Below, piece after piece: positions 21,749 through 31,195 of a stretch of 64,000 nucleotides of DNA (position 1 is the stretch's first letter; every line of letters starts with the position of its first letter). Position numbers and translations under genes: made by a program. Source of the DNA: a virus; IMG/VR virus record IMGVR_UViG_3300026157_000001, positions 4,770 through 68,769 of that record. The stretch is one strand, 5' to 3'. The notes beneath the pieces were generated by a model. That model was not told the origin of the DNA. It worked only from the letters and a program-made list of their open reading frames with translations, and did no database searches.

Positions 21749-22759
21749 ATGCAACAAATAACAGTAGAACAAATCCACAAAGATGTAGAAAAGGAATCTA
21801 TTCGTTTTGGCCAAATGGTCAAACGACTTTCAGGCAGCAATCCTGATAAGGATAAAAAGCTTAGTCAACTAGGGTTTAAAAACTCTAAGACGACAACAAA
21901 AGAGGTTTATGAAGAGCCTTTTAACCTTCAGTTAATTCAGACTGAGGTGGAAGAATACCAGGAAATGTTTGGGGGGTTTCAATATATGAGCCATTCAAGT
22001 GTTCAACGAATCTGTAAGCGCTATGGGTTTTACTATGGTGATGCCCTTATACTTACAGAAGAGATACCTGATGCGAACTCAGAGGAGATTTTTCACTTTT
22101 CTGAAGAGTATGCTCGTATCGTTGGCAGGTGGGCGTTAGAAGACGTAATTTCCCTTAAGCATAACGTTGAACGTCTTAAAGATCGCAGGGCTCAATTAGA
22201 AGAAGAGCTCTATACCCGGCTAGAGGTCATCTTTAATAAGGACCGCGCGATTTATCACAGACCAAAACAAGATACCTTTAATACAAATATCGATCGGGCT
22301 GAGTTTAACTTTGTAAAAGATAAATGCTTAAACCACGAAGATCTTTATAAAGCTCTTCTGATTAACTGCGATCTTGGAACGGCATGCATTGCAGCGTCCC
22401 TGGGAGCTATAGAAGCTTACAGCCTGGACGAAAACGTGTATGAACTTCAACTCTCGAAGTACAAGAAGTATCCTTACATGCATATAGCTTGCTTTGATAT
22501 GCGGGAAGTTCTTAAACTTCCTACACTACATGTCATTGCTGATCCTGATAGCCTTATTGACTTCGACGATAAAGCTAACTTCTATGGTATTAACGAAGGA
22601 AGTCATCGTATTGTAAAGGACACATGGTCTACAAAAGAACAGCAAGCCAGAGAAAGGATGCAATTGGAAGATCCACTTGTTTTAGCAGAAACCCTGTGCG
22701 GGTTTATTTTGATAAGCAAATGGGGCCCAGAAGCTCTTATAGACGAAGTGGCCTCTTAA
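21749..22759 (+). CDS. Hypothetical phage protein
   Basis: 336 aa ORF with C-terminal DPLVL..GFILISKWG. Confidence 0.8.
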   Translation: MQQITVEQIHKDVEKESIRFGQMVKRLSGSNPDKDKKLSQLGFKNSKTTTKEVYEEPFNLQLIQTEVEEYQEMFGGFQYMSHSSVQRICKRYGFYYGDALILTEEIPDANSEEIFHFSEEYARIVGRWALEDVISLKHNVERLKDRRAQLEEELYTRLEVIFNKDRAIYHRPKQDTFNTNIDRAEFNFVKDKCLNHEDLYKALLINCDLGTACIAASLGAIEAYSLDENVYELQLSKYKKYPYMHIACFDMREVLKLPTLHVIADPDSLIDFDDKANFYGINEGSHRIVKDTWSTKEQQARERMQLEDPLVLAETLCGFILISKWGPEALIDEVAS

Positions 22760-22770
22760 AAAAGGCCATT

Positions 22771-22799
22771 TTTTGGTATAAGAATAATGATAAGGTTTA
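22771..22799 (+). promoter_or_regulatory. TTTGGTATAAGA promoter motif
   Basis: TTTTGGTATAAGAATAATGATAAGGTTTA, identical to the copy at 26922. Confidence 0.7.
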
Positions 22800-22847
22800 T
22801 TAAAACCTTAAGTCACTAACACAAAAAATAACTAAATCGAACCTATT

Positions 22848-23234
22848 ATGAATACAAAAAACGGACTAGCTGTATCTTCCTATAAAATTTGGACAGATGC
22901 AGAAGATAAAAAGCTTTTGAAGGCAATTTCTAATACAGAAACTCTTACAGAAGCCTTTGCTACTGTAGCAAAACATTTACCAGCTCGCACAGAAGCTAGC
23001 TGTAGTTCACGTTATTACACACTGCGAACAGGGGGCCAAATCCCGGAAGCAGATGTCCTGCGTAATCGACGCGGTATTATGACTCATAATGAAGTCACAG
23101 CCGCAGAAATTATCGATGTAACAAGTGACGAACAGGAATTTCTCCTGCCAGTGTCCTTGCGCTCGATCAAAACGCTCATAGACCAACTGTCTCCTGAGCA
23201 GCGATCAGAGCTTATCTCACACTATATAAGCTAG
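22848..23234 (+). CDS. Myb/SANT-like HTH protein
   Basis: WTDAEDKKLL...VAKHLPARTEASCSSRY. Confidence 0.65.
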   Translation: MNTKNGLAVSSYKIWTDAEDKKLLKAISNTETLTEAFATVAKHLPARTEASCSSRYYTLRTGGQIPEADVLRNRRGIMTHNEVTAAEIIDVTSDEQEFLLPVSLRSIKTLIDQLSPEQRSELISHYIS

Positions 23235-23743
23235 TGAAACGTCATCTATCTTACTTAAAATATGTACTTCTGCACAAATGGTATGTGTGGCAGGCTGGCC
23301 TGGTTACAGGAGCTCCCTTGTGGAGGCTCCTGATCCATGACTGGACAAAGTTTCGGCCGTCAGAGTGGAAAGATTACGCTCCCAATTTTTATAGACTGGA
23401 CGGAAGCTCACAGGAAAGAGATGATCGTCCGGAAGCGGTAAAAGGCCCATTCCGAAAAGCTCTCCAACGACACTATAAGCGAAACAAGCACCACTGGCAA
23501 TACTGGGTATATTTTCGCCCGGATACTCGTGAGCTCAAGGCTCTGGAAATGCCAGAAAAGTTTGTTCGTGAAATGATTGCAGATTGGATGGGTGCTGGAA
23601 AAGCTACAACCGGTGACTGGGATAGTATTGAAGAATGGTATCCTAAAAATAAGGATAAGATGATTCTGCATGATGCCACTCGGCTTAAGGTAGAGGAGAT
23701 CTTGGTTTACGAACTGGACTATACAGAGATAGTCGCTAACTAA
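23234..23743 (+). CDS. HD-like protein (DUF5662-like)
   Basis: LHK..IHDWTKF..HY.RN.HHWQYW..EMIADW. Confidence 0.7.
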   Translation: MKRHLSYLKYVLLHKWYVWQAGLVTGAPLWRLLIHDWTKFRPSEWKDYAPNFYRLDGSSQERDDRPEAVKGPFRKALQRHYKRNKHHWQYWVYFRPDTRELKALEMPEKFVREMIADWMGAGKATTGDWDSIEEWYPKNKDKMILHDATRLKVEEILVYELDYTEIVAN

Positions 23744-23758
23744 AAAAGGATAAATACT

Positions 23759-24040
23759 ATGTGGACATTATACGCTTATGCATTTGTACTCTTGTTAGGA
23801 CTTATTACCTATATCTTTGCTAAAAAGAACGGCATGAGAGCTTACTCTACAGAAACTTCAGCAATGATTTCTGCAGGCGTTTGGGGAGCTATTGTATTCT
23901 TCGGTTTCTATCTGGAAGGGTTTCTCTTCGGGTTAGTAAACATGGTTGCACTGTATTGTCTTATCTCTATACAAGAACGTATATATGACAGATTCTATGA
24001 TGCAATAGAAGAAAAAGAAAAACAAAAGGAGACCTCTTAG
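23759..24040 (+). CDS. Small membrane protein
   Basis: Three hydrophobic segments. Confidence 0.7.
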   Translation: MWTLYAYAFVLLLGLITYIFAKKNGMRAYSTETSAMISAGVWGAIVFFGFYLEGFLFGLVNMVALYCLISIQERIYDRFYDAIEEKEKQKETS

Positions 24041-24057
24041 GAGGTTTCTTTTTTTTA
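24026..24057 (+). terminator. Intrinsic terminator
   Basis: GGAGACCTC-TTAG-GAGGTTTCT followed by a T run. Confidence 0.65.
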
Positions 24058-24111
24058 CATTAAGAATTAGATGCCTATAGCTCGCCGCGCTTCGCGCGGC
24101 TCGCATGCATG

Positions 24112-25287
24112 TTATTCTATTAATGGTAAAATTGGGTCGATAGAGGAGAAGCATTCGTACTTTCCTGCAAATTCTTTTTTAGGTATATATGAATTCTTTT
24201 TACACTTGTTTTGAAGGTCTGTTTCAAATTCACATGTCTCTCTCGCCTGATCAAACCTTAGCGTATCAATAATCTCAACATTATACGGAAAATATGAAGT
24301 CCTCTTTTTAACACTAGTATAAGTTTTACCTATTTTGAAAAATTCAAAACCATTGTTTTCTTTCATTTTTACTATATAGATCTTAAAGCCTGTAAAATTT
24401 TTAGAATCTTTGCTATGCATTTCCCACTCACTATAGGACCATGAGCGGCTCTTGTATAGGCCTAAGACTTCATACTGACATTGTGTACAACCACCAGATT
24501 CGGCACTACGGTGGTCATAGGCTTTTGTAGTGATTTTTCCATGTAATAAACATCTTACTGTTATATCTTTTTTATTTCCGTTGTAAACCATGTCTGAATA
24601 GTCAAAACGCTTTCTTTTTTCTGGGGATAATGAATCTAAAAAATCTTGCTTACTATAAATCCTGTCTTCTCTTTTTTTCTCATTGACACACGTCGGACAA
24701 CTGTCTAAAGAGTTCAAATGTGAAGAGGGGGTTTGCTTAAACTCTTTATTATGTTTCTTGCAAATAAATATTACTTTGGTCGCTGCGTCTTTATAAATAA
24801 CCTTTGAATAATCGAACCTATCGCCGTAGATGGCCTTTGACTCCTTTATAAATTCTTTTTTAGTTTTTTTATTGTACGGTGTGTAGCATTTGCGACAGCC
24901 ACCTTTAGAACTATCAAGGTGCGTTTGGGGAGTCGTCCTAAACTCTCCATGATCTTTGCAAATAAAGGTAACTTTTGTTCTCCAGTTAATATATTTTACT
25001 TTAGTGTAGTCAAACTTATCACCAAACTTTTCGTGAGCTCTTTGAAGAAATAATGTCTTTAATCTTTCTCTATTTGTGTTATGTATGTTATCAATTGCAC
25101 AAAGGTTGCAACCGCATTTACTATTAAGGTGGCTGGCGGGTGTTTGCATAAATGGGCCATGATTCCTACAAATAATTTTTACTTTAGTTCGATTGTTGAC
25201 ATATTTTACCTTCGTATAGTCATATTTGTGGCCATGAGCTTTCTTAAAGTCTGCTATGCACTCTTCTTGTGTTTTTCGTCTAGGCAT
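24112..25287 (-). CDS. Free-standing putative homing endonuclease (DUF723-like repeats plus GIY-YIG-like C-terminus)
   Basis: Four [YF]DY[ST]K.+Y..C..H..F..TP..H...CxxC repeats, then KIYIVK..FFKIGKT..E. Confidence 0.7.
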   Translation of the reverse strand: MPRRKTQEECIADFKKAHGHKYDYTKVKYVNNRTKVKIICRNHGPFMQTPASHLNSKCGCNLCAIDNIHNTNRERLKTLFLQRAHEKFGDKFDYTKVKYINWRTKVTFICKDHGEFRTTPQTHLDSSKGGCRKCYTPYNKKTKKEFIKESKAIYGDRFDYSKVIYKDAATKVIFICKKHNKEFKQTPSSHLNSLDSCPTCVNEKKREDRIYSKQDFLDSLSPEKRKRFDYSDMVYNGNKKDITVRCLLHGKITTKAYDHRSAESGGCTQCQYEVLGLYKSRSWSYSEWEMHSKDSKNFTGFKIYIVKMKENNGFEFFKIGKTYTSVKKRTSYFPYNVEIIDTLRFDQARETCEFETDLQNKCKKNSYIPKKEFAGKYECFSSIDPILPLIE

Positions 25288-25912
25288 TTTTGTAAAAATA
25301 ATTTAGTTTGTCCTGGTGATCTTCGAAAATACGATTATATCCACCGTCAGGTTGCAGGAATCCATGGAGCAGCGTGTTGTTTGGTTCCGGGGCTTCAGGC
25401 AAACCAGCGAACTCTTTCATTCTATTTGTAAAAAGTTGTAAATCTTCTTGACAATCTTCTAAATTTAAAACTAAAAGTGGCAACTCTGCTCTTTCTGTTC
25501 TTTTTTGAGCTCGCTCTATGAGCTTGTTATGTCGTTTTACATGGTTTAATACACTAGGTAGTTTCCCGGGAGCTCTATTATCGTGCTTCAGCGCACTTTT
25601 TGCATTTAGATCAGGATCTCTGTATATTATAATAAAGTGAGGGTTTGTTAGGCACTTGTAAAACCGTCTAAAGAAGTAGATAGAGTTAGGTAATTTACAG
25701 CCCCATGCATAAAACTTGTTATCGTTATACTCAAAGTACTCTTTGAAATCTTTTCTCGAGGCACCTTTTGCGCAAAGCTGCTTAAATTGCTCATCTTCAT
25801 ATTGATTCGAGTGGAAGGTGCCCATATAGACCCCCATACCGATAAGAGTTCCGGCCACAAGGCTCGTTCCTCCTCTTGGAGTTCCTAAAACTATAAACTG
25901 TTTGGTTTTCAT
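25280..25912 (-). CDS. Sulfotransferase-family protein
   Basis: GTPRGGTS PAPS-binding motif, WGCKLP and IYRDP..S. Confidence 0.7.
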   Translation of the reverse strand: MKTKQFIVLGTPRGGTSLVAGTLIGMGVYMGTFHSNQYEDEQFKQLCAKGASRKDFKEYFEYNDNKFYAWGCKLPNSIYFFRRFYKCLTNPHFIIIYRDPDLNAKSALKHDNRAPGKLPSVLNHVKRHNKLIERAQKRTERAELPLLVLNLEDCQEDLQLFTNRMKEFAGLPEAPEPNNTLLHGFLQPDGGYNRIFEDHQDKLNYFYKNA

Positions 25913-25946
25913 AGCAGAATATAGTTAAATCTTGGTGAAAATAAAA

Positions 25947-26345
25947 ATGAATAAGATAACAGTATTATTATTTGCATTATTAGTGGGTTTTATAGGTTGT
26001 GATTTGATAGCCGGTGGTGATCGCCGGGAGTCTCTTCCAGAGACTACTCCCTTAATGTCCCGGGAAGGTGTTATAATGGAAGTGTTCATCTTAGAAAAAG
26101 ATGGAAATATTCACTTTTGGCAGGAATCCGCGCATGGAATTATAGCAGAATCAGCTAGGCATTTTAGCCATGAACACATAAATCCTTCGGACTCAACGGC
26201 TTACACAACTTTTAAAGTTACGTACTGTCTAACTGGTAAAGAAGTTTGGGACGAAGTTAGTTATCAGGACGCTAAATTTATTCACAATGTGATGAAACAA
26301 CATAAGGAAATACATGCCCCTGTGATATTAAAACTAGACTATTAA
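25947..26345 (+). CDS. Putative lipoprotein
   Basis: MNKITVLLFALLVGFIGC resembles a lipoprotein signal peptide. Confidence 0.6.
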   Translation: MNKITVLLFALLVGFIGCDLIAGGDRRESLPETTPLMSREGVIMEVFILEKDGNIHFWQESAHGIIAESARHFSHEHINPSDSTAYTTFKVTYCLTGKEVWDEVSYQDAKFIHNVMKQHKEIHAPVILKLDY

Positions 26346-26369
26346 TAGATAACTTTGTATATTCCAAGT

Positions 26370-26762
26370 ATGGAAATAAACAAAGATATTATTGAAAATG
26401 TATTAGAGCCTGTCGACTTTATTTTTGTCTATTCAGACAAAACACGGCAAGCGTTTGGTATGGATCCAAAAGAATTTGAAGACGCAGTAGAAGAATATGC
26501 TGATAACTTTTCCCAAGTAGGCATTTCTAACAACCCTATGCTCTTCCACATGAAGGCTACGAATATCATAGCACGGCTAAACGACTTTCACCAGGAACTT
26601 GCAAACGTTACAGATATGCAAAAATCTTCGGGTGGTATGGGCGACGTAGAAACAAAAGCAATTATAAATAGAACCAAGCGTGTATTTATAGAAGGAGTCA
26701 ATATCCTAGCTCCTTATAGTGCACTGCTATTAACAGCAACAGAAACAGAAAATTACGCATAA
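26370..26762 (+). CDS. Hypothetical protein
   Basis: Start moved to ATG 26370, downstream of TAGACT-17-TATATT (26335-26363). Confidence 0.7.
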   Translation: MEINKDIIENVLEPVDFIFVYSDKTRQAFGMDPKEFEDAVEEYADNFSQVGISNNPMLFHMKATNIIARLNDFHQELANVTDMQKSSGGMGDVETKAIINRTKRVFIEGVNILAPYSALLLTATETENYA

Positions 26763-26764
26763 TC

Positions 26765-26920
26765 ATGAAAATAGATAGAACACTAACACTCCTTACTGCA
26801 GCTGGTACTGCTTTATATATTGGCTGGCAATGGCTGAAAAAAGAGTCGGATGTTACAAAAGATCACCCGTGCTGCATTTATCCTGACTGCAATTGTAAAG
26901 AAAAGCTAAATAATTCCTAA
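26765..26920 (+). CDS. Small Cys-rich membrane peptide, 51 aa
   Basis: MKIDRTLTLLTAAGTALYIGWQWLKK..HPCCIYPDCNCKEKLNNS fills the gap. Confidence 0.55.
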   Translation: MKIDRTLTLLTAAGTALYIGWQWLKKESDVTKDHPCCIYPDCNCKEKLNNS

Positions 26921-26921
26921 A

Positions 26922-26950
26922 TTTTGGTATAAGAATAATGATAAGGTTTA
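26922..26950 (+). promoter_or_regulatory. TTTGGTATAAGA promoter motif
   Basis: 29 nt identical to the copy at 22771. Confidence 0.7.
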
Positions 26951-27054
26951 TCCCTTATCAGCAAAGCTTCGAGCAGTTTTGTTTTGGACCCCGAGCGCTA
27001 ACGCGTTTCGGGGTTTTTATTATCACTAACAAGCTAACCCTTAAAGGAGTTATC

Positions 27055-27447
27055 ATGGATTCAAGACTCGTAAAAGGTTTGCTATATATAATCTTGTTGG
27101 TACTCGTGCTGTCATTCTGTTCGGGATGTGATGGCGGTGAGACTGCAGTTTATAATAGTGAAATCTATGTCAGTAAAACGGCTGAAGAGGTCCCTATATT
27201 TATATATACCATTGAGCCGCCAGGTGCCAACCTGGATAGAGATATAATTGATAACGCACTAGATGATCGAATCTCTGAACACAGGATAAGCGAGCTTGCT
27301 GAAAACTGTCAGAAGATAGCGATTGATTTAGAGAGATACTTTGGCTTCACATCCCTTGAACTTGGGGTAGAACGTCAATATACCCACCAATTATCCTGGC
27401 CTGAAAATAAGCGATGCCGAATCGTGCGGGACAGACCGGGGATTTAA
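27055..27447 (+). CDS. Putative lipoprotein
   Basis: AAGGAG precedes ATG 27055; LVLSFCSGC signal. Confidence 0.6.
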   Translation: MDSRLVKGLLYIILLVLVLSFCSGCDGGETAVYNSEIYVSKTAEEVPIFIYTIEPPGANLDRDIIDNALDDRISEHRISELAENCQKIAIDLERYFGFTSLELGVERQYTHQLSWPENKRCRIVRDRPGI

Positions 27448-27476
27448 TTCTCACCTTTTAAAAATGCAAAGTACAT

Positions 27477-27989
27477 ATGTTAAACAACTTTCTGAATGGG
27501 TTCACGTCCTTGCAGTATATAAAGAATTTTTCGTTTGACACTATACTCTCAGAAGATAAAAAGACGGGTAATCTTCTTGGAGAATATATGATGAGTTATG
27601 ATAAGGACTATATAGAGTGTCCTTCAGAGCTCGACCCTATACTCACGCCTGTCTTGTTAAAATCTGTGTTCGATTATCCTGTGCAATACTGGTTAAACCT
27701 CGTAATAGAGCACCCGGATTATGAATACACAGCTATATGTGAAGGTATAAAGCAAGATAAGCTTTATATGTGTGCAAACCTATGGCTAAGCCTTGGGTTT
27801 GAATTGCCCTTACCGGGCAGCAATGATACGCTAGAAACTCAGCTCTATAACACCAATAAATTGGTGAATATGGGGACAGTTGAACGGCGACGACTACTAA
27901 TATTAACGCAACGTGCGTTAATTCTTTCCGGCATGTTTGGTAAAAATTTGCCTACGGAAAATATCTTTAACAAAACCTCTACGACATGA
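27477..27989 (+). CDS. Hypothetical protein
   Basis: ORF ending in an ATGA overlap. Confidence 0.7.
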   Translation: MLNNFLNGFTSLQYIKNFSFDTILSEDKKTGNLLGEYMMSYDKDYIECPSELDPILTPVLLKSVFDYPVQYWLNLVIEHPDYEYTAICEGIKQDKLYMCANLWLSLGFELPLPGSNDTLETQLYNTNKLVNMGTVERRRLLILTQRALILSGMFGKNLPTENIFNKTSTT

Positions 27990-28450
27990 CTAATGTATTT
28001 GTTGGTCCTGAAAGCCTACAAAAGGTCACGAGTAGTTTCTTCAAGGTACCGTTTTTGGCAAAATTCCGCTTTAGGGATATCAGCAATATCGAAGTCCGCG
28101 CTAACCAGCGAATGTTTTTTGCGGTACCCACTAAAAAAGACCCTGTTACAGGGGAAGATAGAGTACTCAGACGTATTCCTTCAGAGTTTATGAAGTTTAA
28201 AGAGCTCTATAGGATGGCGTATGACCAAAAAGCAGTCAGCGACTTAATTCAATCCGACGAGAACGTACCACTTGAGGATATATTATTTACCGGCATTACC
28301 GTTCATTTATGGAATCCGGAAAAGAGTATATTTGAACGTGTGGGATATAGAGAGCTTCAGGAAAAAGAGCTCTATAAAGAAACACAGTTGAGTCAGGTTC
28401 AGCGCCTGTTCAGCAAGATTTTTCCAACATATCACCCAGTCCCGCACTAA
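27986..28450 (+). CDS. Hypothetical protein
   Basis: ORF followed by a terminator. Confidence 0.7.
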   Translation: MTNVFVGPESLQKVTSSFFKVPFLAKFRFRDISNIEVRANQRMFFAVPTKKDPVTGEDRVLRRIPSEFMKFKELYRMAYDQKAVSDLIQSDENVPLEDILFTGITVHLWNPEKSIFERVGYRELQEKELYKETQLSQVQRLFSKIFPTYHPVPH

Positions 28451-28492
28451 CTATTGCGGACTGGTTTAAGTAATTGGGTTAGTGCTAAATTA

Positions 28493-28519
28493 GGGGAGGC
28501 TTCGGTCTCCCCTTTTTTT
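28493..28519 (+). terminator. Intrinsic terminator
   Basis: GGGGAGGC-TTCG-GTCTCCCC followed by T7. Confidence 0.8.
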
Positions 28520-28717
28520 GCTAATACCAATGTAGAATTTTGAGGACAGCAGGGTTTACAGGCGACCGTCTAGTAAAGGTGTAAAAACAAAGACGCTGTT
28601 GCAGCCGACTTTACCTGCGTAATTGGGGCTTCGGATCTTGTAGGATAGCTAATTACTGTCTGAAGGGTCCGGAGCCACCTTTTTATTATTTATCCACCCT
28701 ACTAACCCTAAAACTAT

Positions 28718-28984
28718 ATGCACTATGAAATCGATCTTCTTGTTAAGCACAGATTGGAATCTAAGAAGAATGATATTCTGAATAGCGAGTCTTTGTTTAG
28801 AAAGATGCACAGATTCAACCTTTTAAGAGCTGTTAAGCTCGGTGAAGACAAACAAGTAGTTTGTGTAGCTGAGACAGAGGTCGGCAAGGTTGTAATAAGG
28901 GACTCTGACATAGAGCACCAGTGTACTCAGAAAATGAAGCTTGTATACGAAGATATCATGGACGAATTAGTACAGGAGATATAA
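28718..28984 (+). CDS. Hypothetical protein
   Basis: ORF with an A/C-rich leader. Confidence 0.7.
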   Translation: MHYEIDLLVKHRLESKKNDILNSESLFRKMHRFNLLRAVKLGEDKQVVCVAETEVGKVVIRDSDIEHQCTQKMKLVYEDIMDELVQEI

Positions 28985-28986
28985 TC

Positions 28987-29340
28987 ATGAAGTATCCTAC
29001 AATCGACCGCGAAATCGACGAGATACCGAATAGAGTACGCAAAGGTATAGCCTTTATCGAAAAAGTGCACCACGGCAAAGAAGATCTTGCTTTTGTAGAC
29101 GTAGAGAAAGTAAACTTTCGTTGTGTCTATCAATCTATTTTTGTAATTCTCAGAAGCTATCGGCCTAGCAAATACGATAAGCATTCAGAGAAAGTACATG
29201 ACCTTCAACAATTTGAGCTGGGCTTTACGCTGGTCGGCTATATGCCTGAACAGCGAGAAGCTTATAAAAAGGCTCTAAAAGAAGAATGGGCAGAACAGAT
29301 CGATCGAATCGACTCTGGGAGAAAATTCTCAATCTTCTAA
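28987..29340 (+). CDS. Hypothetical protein, likely paralog of 29433-29822
   Basis: Shared G...V....F...GF...L...W...I pattern. Confidence 0.65.
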   Translation: MKYPTIDREIDEIPNRVRKGIAFIEKVHHGKEDLAFVDVEKVNFRCVYQSIFVILRSYRPSKYDKHSEKVHDLQQFELGFTLVGYMPEQREAYKKALKEEWAEQIDRIDSGRKFSIF

Positions 29341-29432
29341 GAATACGCACAGCACCTTACCAGGGGGGGAGTTTATTTCCGCGTCGGATCTGCTCCCCCA
29401 TTTTTATTCACTAACACAAAACAAACAATACT

Positions 29433-29822
29433 ATGTATCAAACCAAGCAAATGTTAGAATTACTATTTAAGGACCCGCAAACGATTAATAAGATCTTAAC
29501 GGGGATGCGAAAGCTCGATGAAGCAGACCTGGGATGGTTTACTGAGGATAAAGTGAACCTTGCAGAACTCGACTTCACTGTAGAAAATAATCAGCTTGTA
29601 TATTTGGCCGGCGCTAATGACTGGAAGGTAGAAGATAAAGTTAATGCGGGCTTTTATATCGGCGATGAGCCTAAAGGTATGGCAAATCGTCTTTACGAAG
29701 CTGGTAAACTCGAAGATAACTGGATAAAAGTTATTGAGGGAGTAAGGAAGCTTAAACTAGAAAAGACACGGCAGTTTATTCATGATAAAAAAGCTGCAGT
29801 CTATTTAGGAAGGCTAGGATAA
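29433..29822 (+). CDS. Hypothetical protein
   Basis: ORF flanked by hairpins. Confidence 0.7.
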   Translation: MYQTKQMLELLFKDPQTINKILTGMRKLDEADLGWFTEDKVNLAELDFTVENNQLVYLAGANDWKVEDKVNAGFYIGDEPKGMANRLYEAGKLEDNWIKVIEGVRKLKLEKTRQFIHDKKAAVYLGRLG

Positions 29823-29885
29823 GAATATGCGGGCATTAATAGTTAACGCCCGCACTTTTAAACATAAAACAAACCTATACATATT

Positions 29886-30464
29886 ATGAATAAGTTAATA
29901 TTTACTATTCTAACACTGTCACTAATGTTGTTTGCAGGGTGTAGCTCTGTGACCGACTCTAACGTCGACGAACTGGGCGGCATTGAAACAAGTGCCTTTA
30001 CAGACGCGGCTGAATCCAAAACTTCTAAGTCTAATTACAAGGACGAAGATAACAACGGTATACCTGATGAAGGTGAAGTTGTTACTGGGGCCTATAAATC
30101 AGTCTATGCTTTCGATGCAACCGGTTCTTATTACTGGGACTTGGGTGATGGGCGAGTACAGGGTGATGCCAGCTCTATAGCTGATCTTGATCAAGCCACA
30201 TTATCAGTATGTGACTATAAGGTTGTTTACAGAGCAACCTTTGGAAATGATCCCTTTATGGACACTGGGTGGATTCGCAACAATATTAAGTGTAATGGCT
30301 ATAGCTATGATAAAGCTAAGACATATAACTACTTGATTGTGCATGAAACTGACCACAGATATAGCGAAGATGCTCCTGAAATTTGGGGTAGCTGGGCTTA
30401 CTTTGTAGATACAGAGAGCGGCGTTGGAAACAAACTTGCCGGTCCCAAAACACCACAAAATTAA
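29886..30464 (+). CDS. Lipoprotein
   Basis: MNKLIFTILTLSLMLFAGC lipobox. Confidence 0.75.
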   Translation: MNKLIFTILTLSLMLFAGCSSVTDSNVDELGGIETSAFTDAAESKTSKSNYKDEDNNGIPDEGEVVTGAYKSVYAFDATGSYYWDLGDGRVQGDASSIADLDQATLSVCDYKVVYRATFGNDPFMDTGWIRNNIKCNGYSYDKAKTYNYLIVHETDHRYSEDAPEIWGSWAYFVDTESGVGNKLAGPKTPQN

Positions 30465-31195
30465 ATCTGTGGGTGAGCTAACAAAAGCTTCTGTGCTAGC
30501 TATATTATTGGTGGTATAGCTATAGTGATAGGTGCGGGCTTATTGGGGTCCGCACCGTTTACTATACTTGGGCAGATGAGTAGATTTTAGGGTAAAAAAA
30601 AATAACCAAAAATATATACAGGTAAGAAATTGCCAAAAAATAATTTCGGGGCCGGACCCTGGGGGTAGCTGAGACAAAATAATATGTCGGGCGCTACCTG
30701 GGTAAGGACCCGGGTATGAAATGGGACCCAATCTCTTAAGATGAGAATTAACCCTACCCCCATCGGGTAATACCTCTAACCCGGGTTAACCCTAAAGATT
30801 TAGTTTCTAGTCCAGTTAGTGTCTCTCATAGATCTGCTGAATTGGATTGCTGACCTAGAGGGTTGGATTGCCCTCTAGGTATGTTATTGGATACCAGTTA
30901 GTCGAGTATAGAAGGTGGATAGCCCTCTATACTCTTATTCCTCCTTTATTCACACAGGCCAATCAGGCTTTAAGCGGTTGAGAGCCCTTATAGCTGTTAA
31001 GTCGTTAATAAACAGCCATTTATGGCTTAAATTGGCGCGCCGGGGGCCGTAAGGCCCTCTATATCTACCGTTACCCCGTTATACCGGTGTTGCATGCTAT
31101 AGCTGGCTATGCTGGGCCCCATAACGGTATCACGGTATCCCGGTATCCCGGTGGTGCCGGTACTAACCCAACCTTAACCATATAAACCCTCTTAT

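Noticed and set aside
21701-26950. TTTTGGTATAAGAATAATGATAAG repeats as a CRISPR array
   Set aside because: Copies are kilobases apart and always upstream of genes. There is no repeat-spacer periodicity and no cas operon; the Cas4-like gene is a solo phage nuclease.
28625-28682. Possible tRNA or UCA suppressor
   Set aside because: Only a hairpin of about 55 nt with no D or T arms. I recognised no tRNA in the window.
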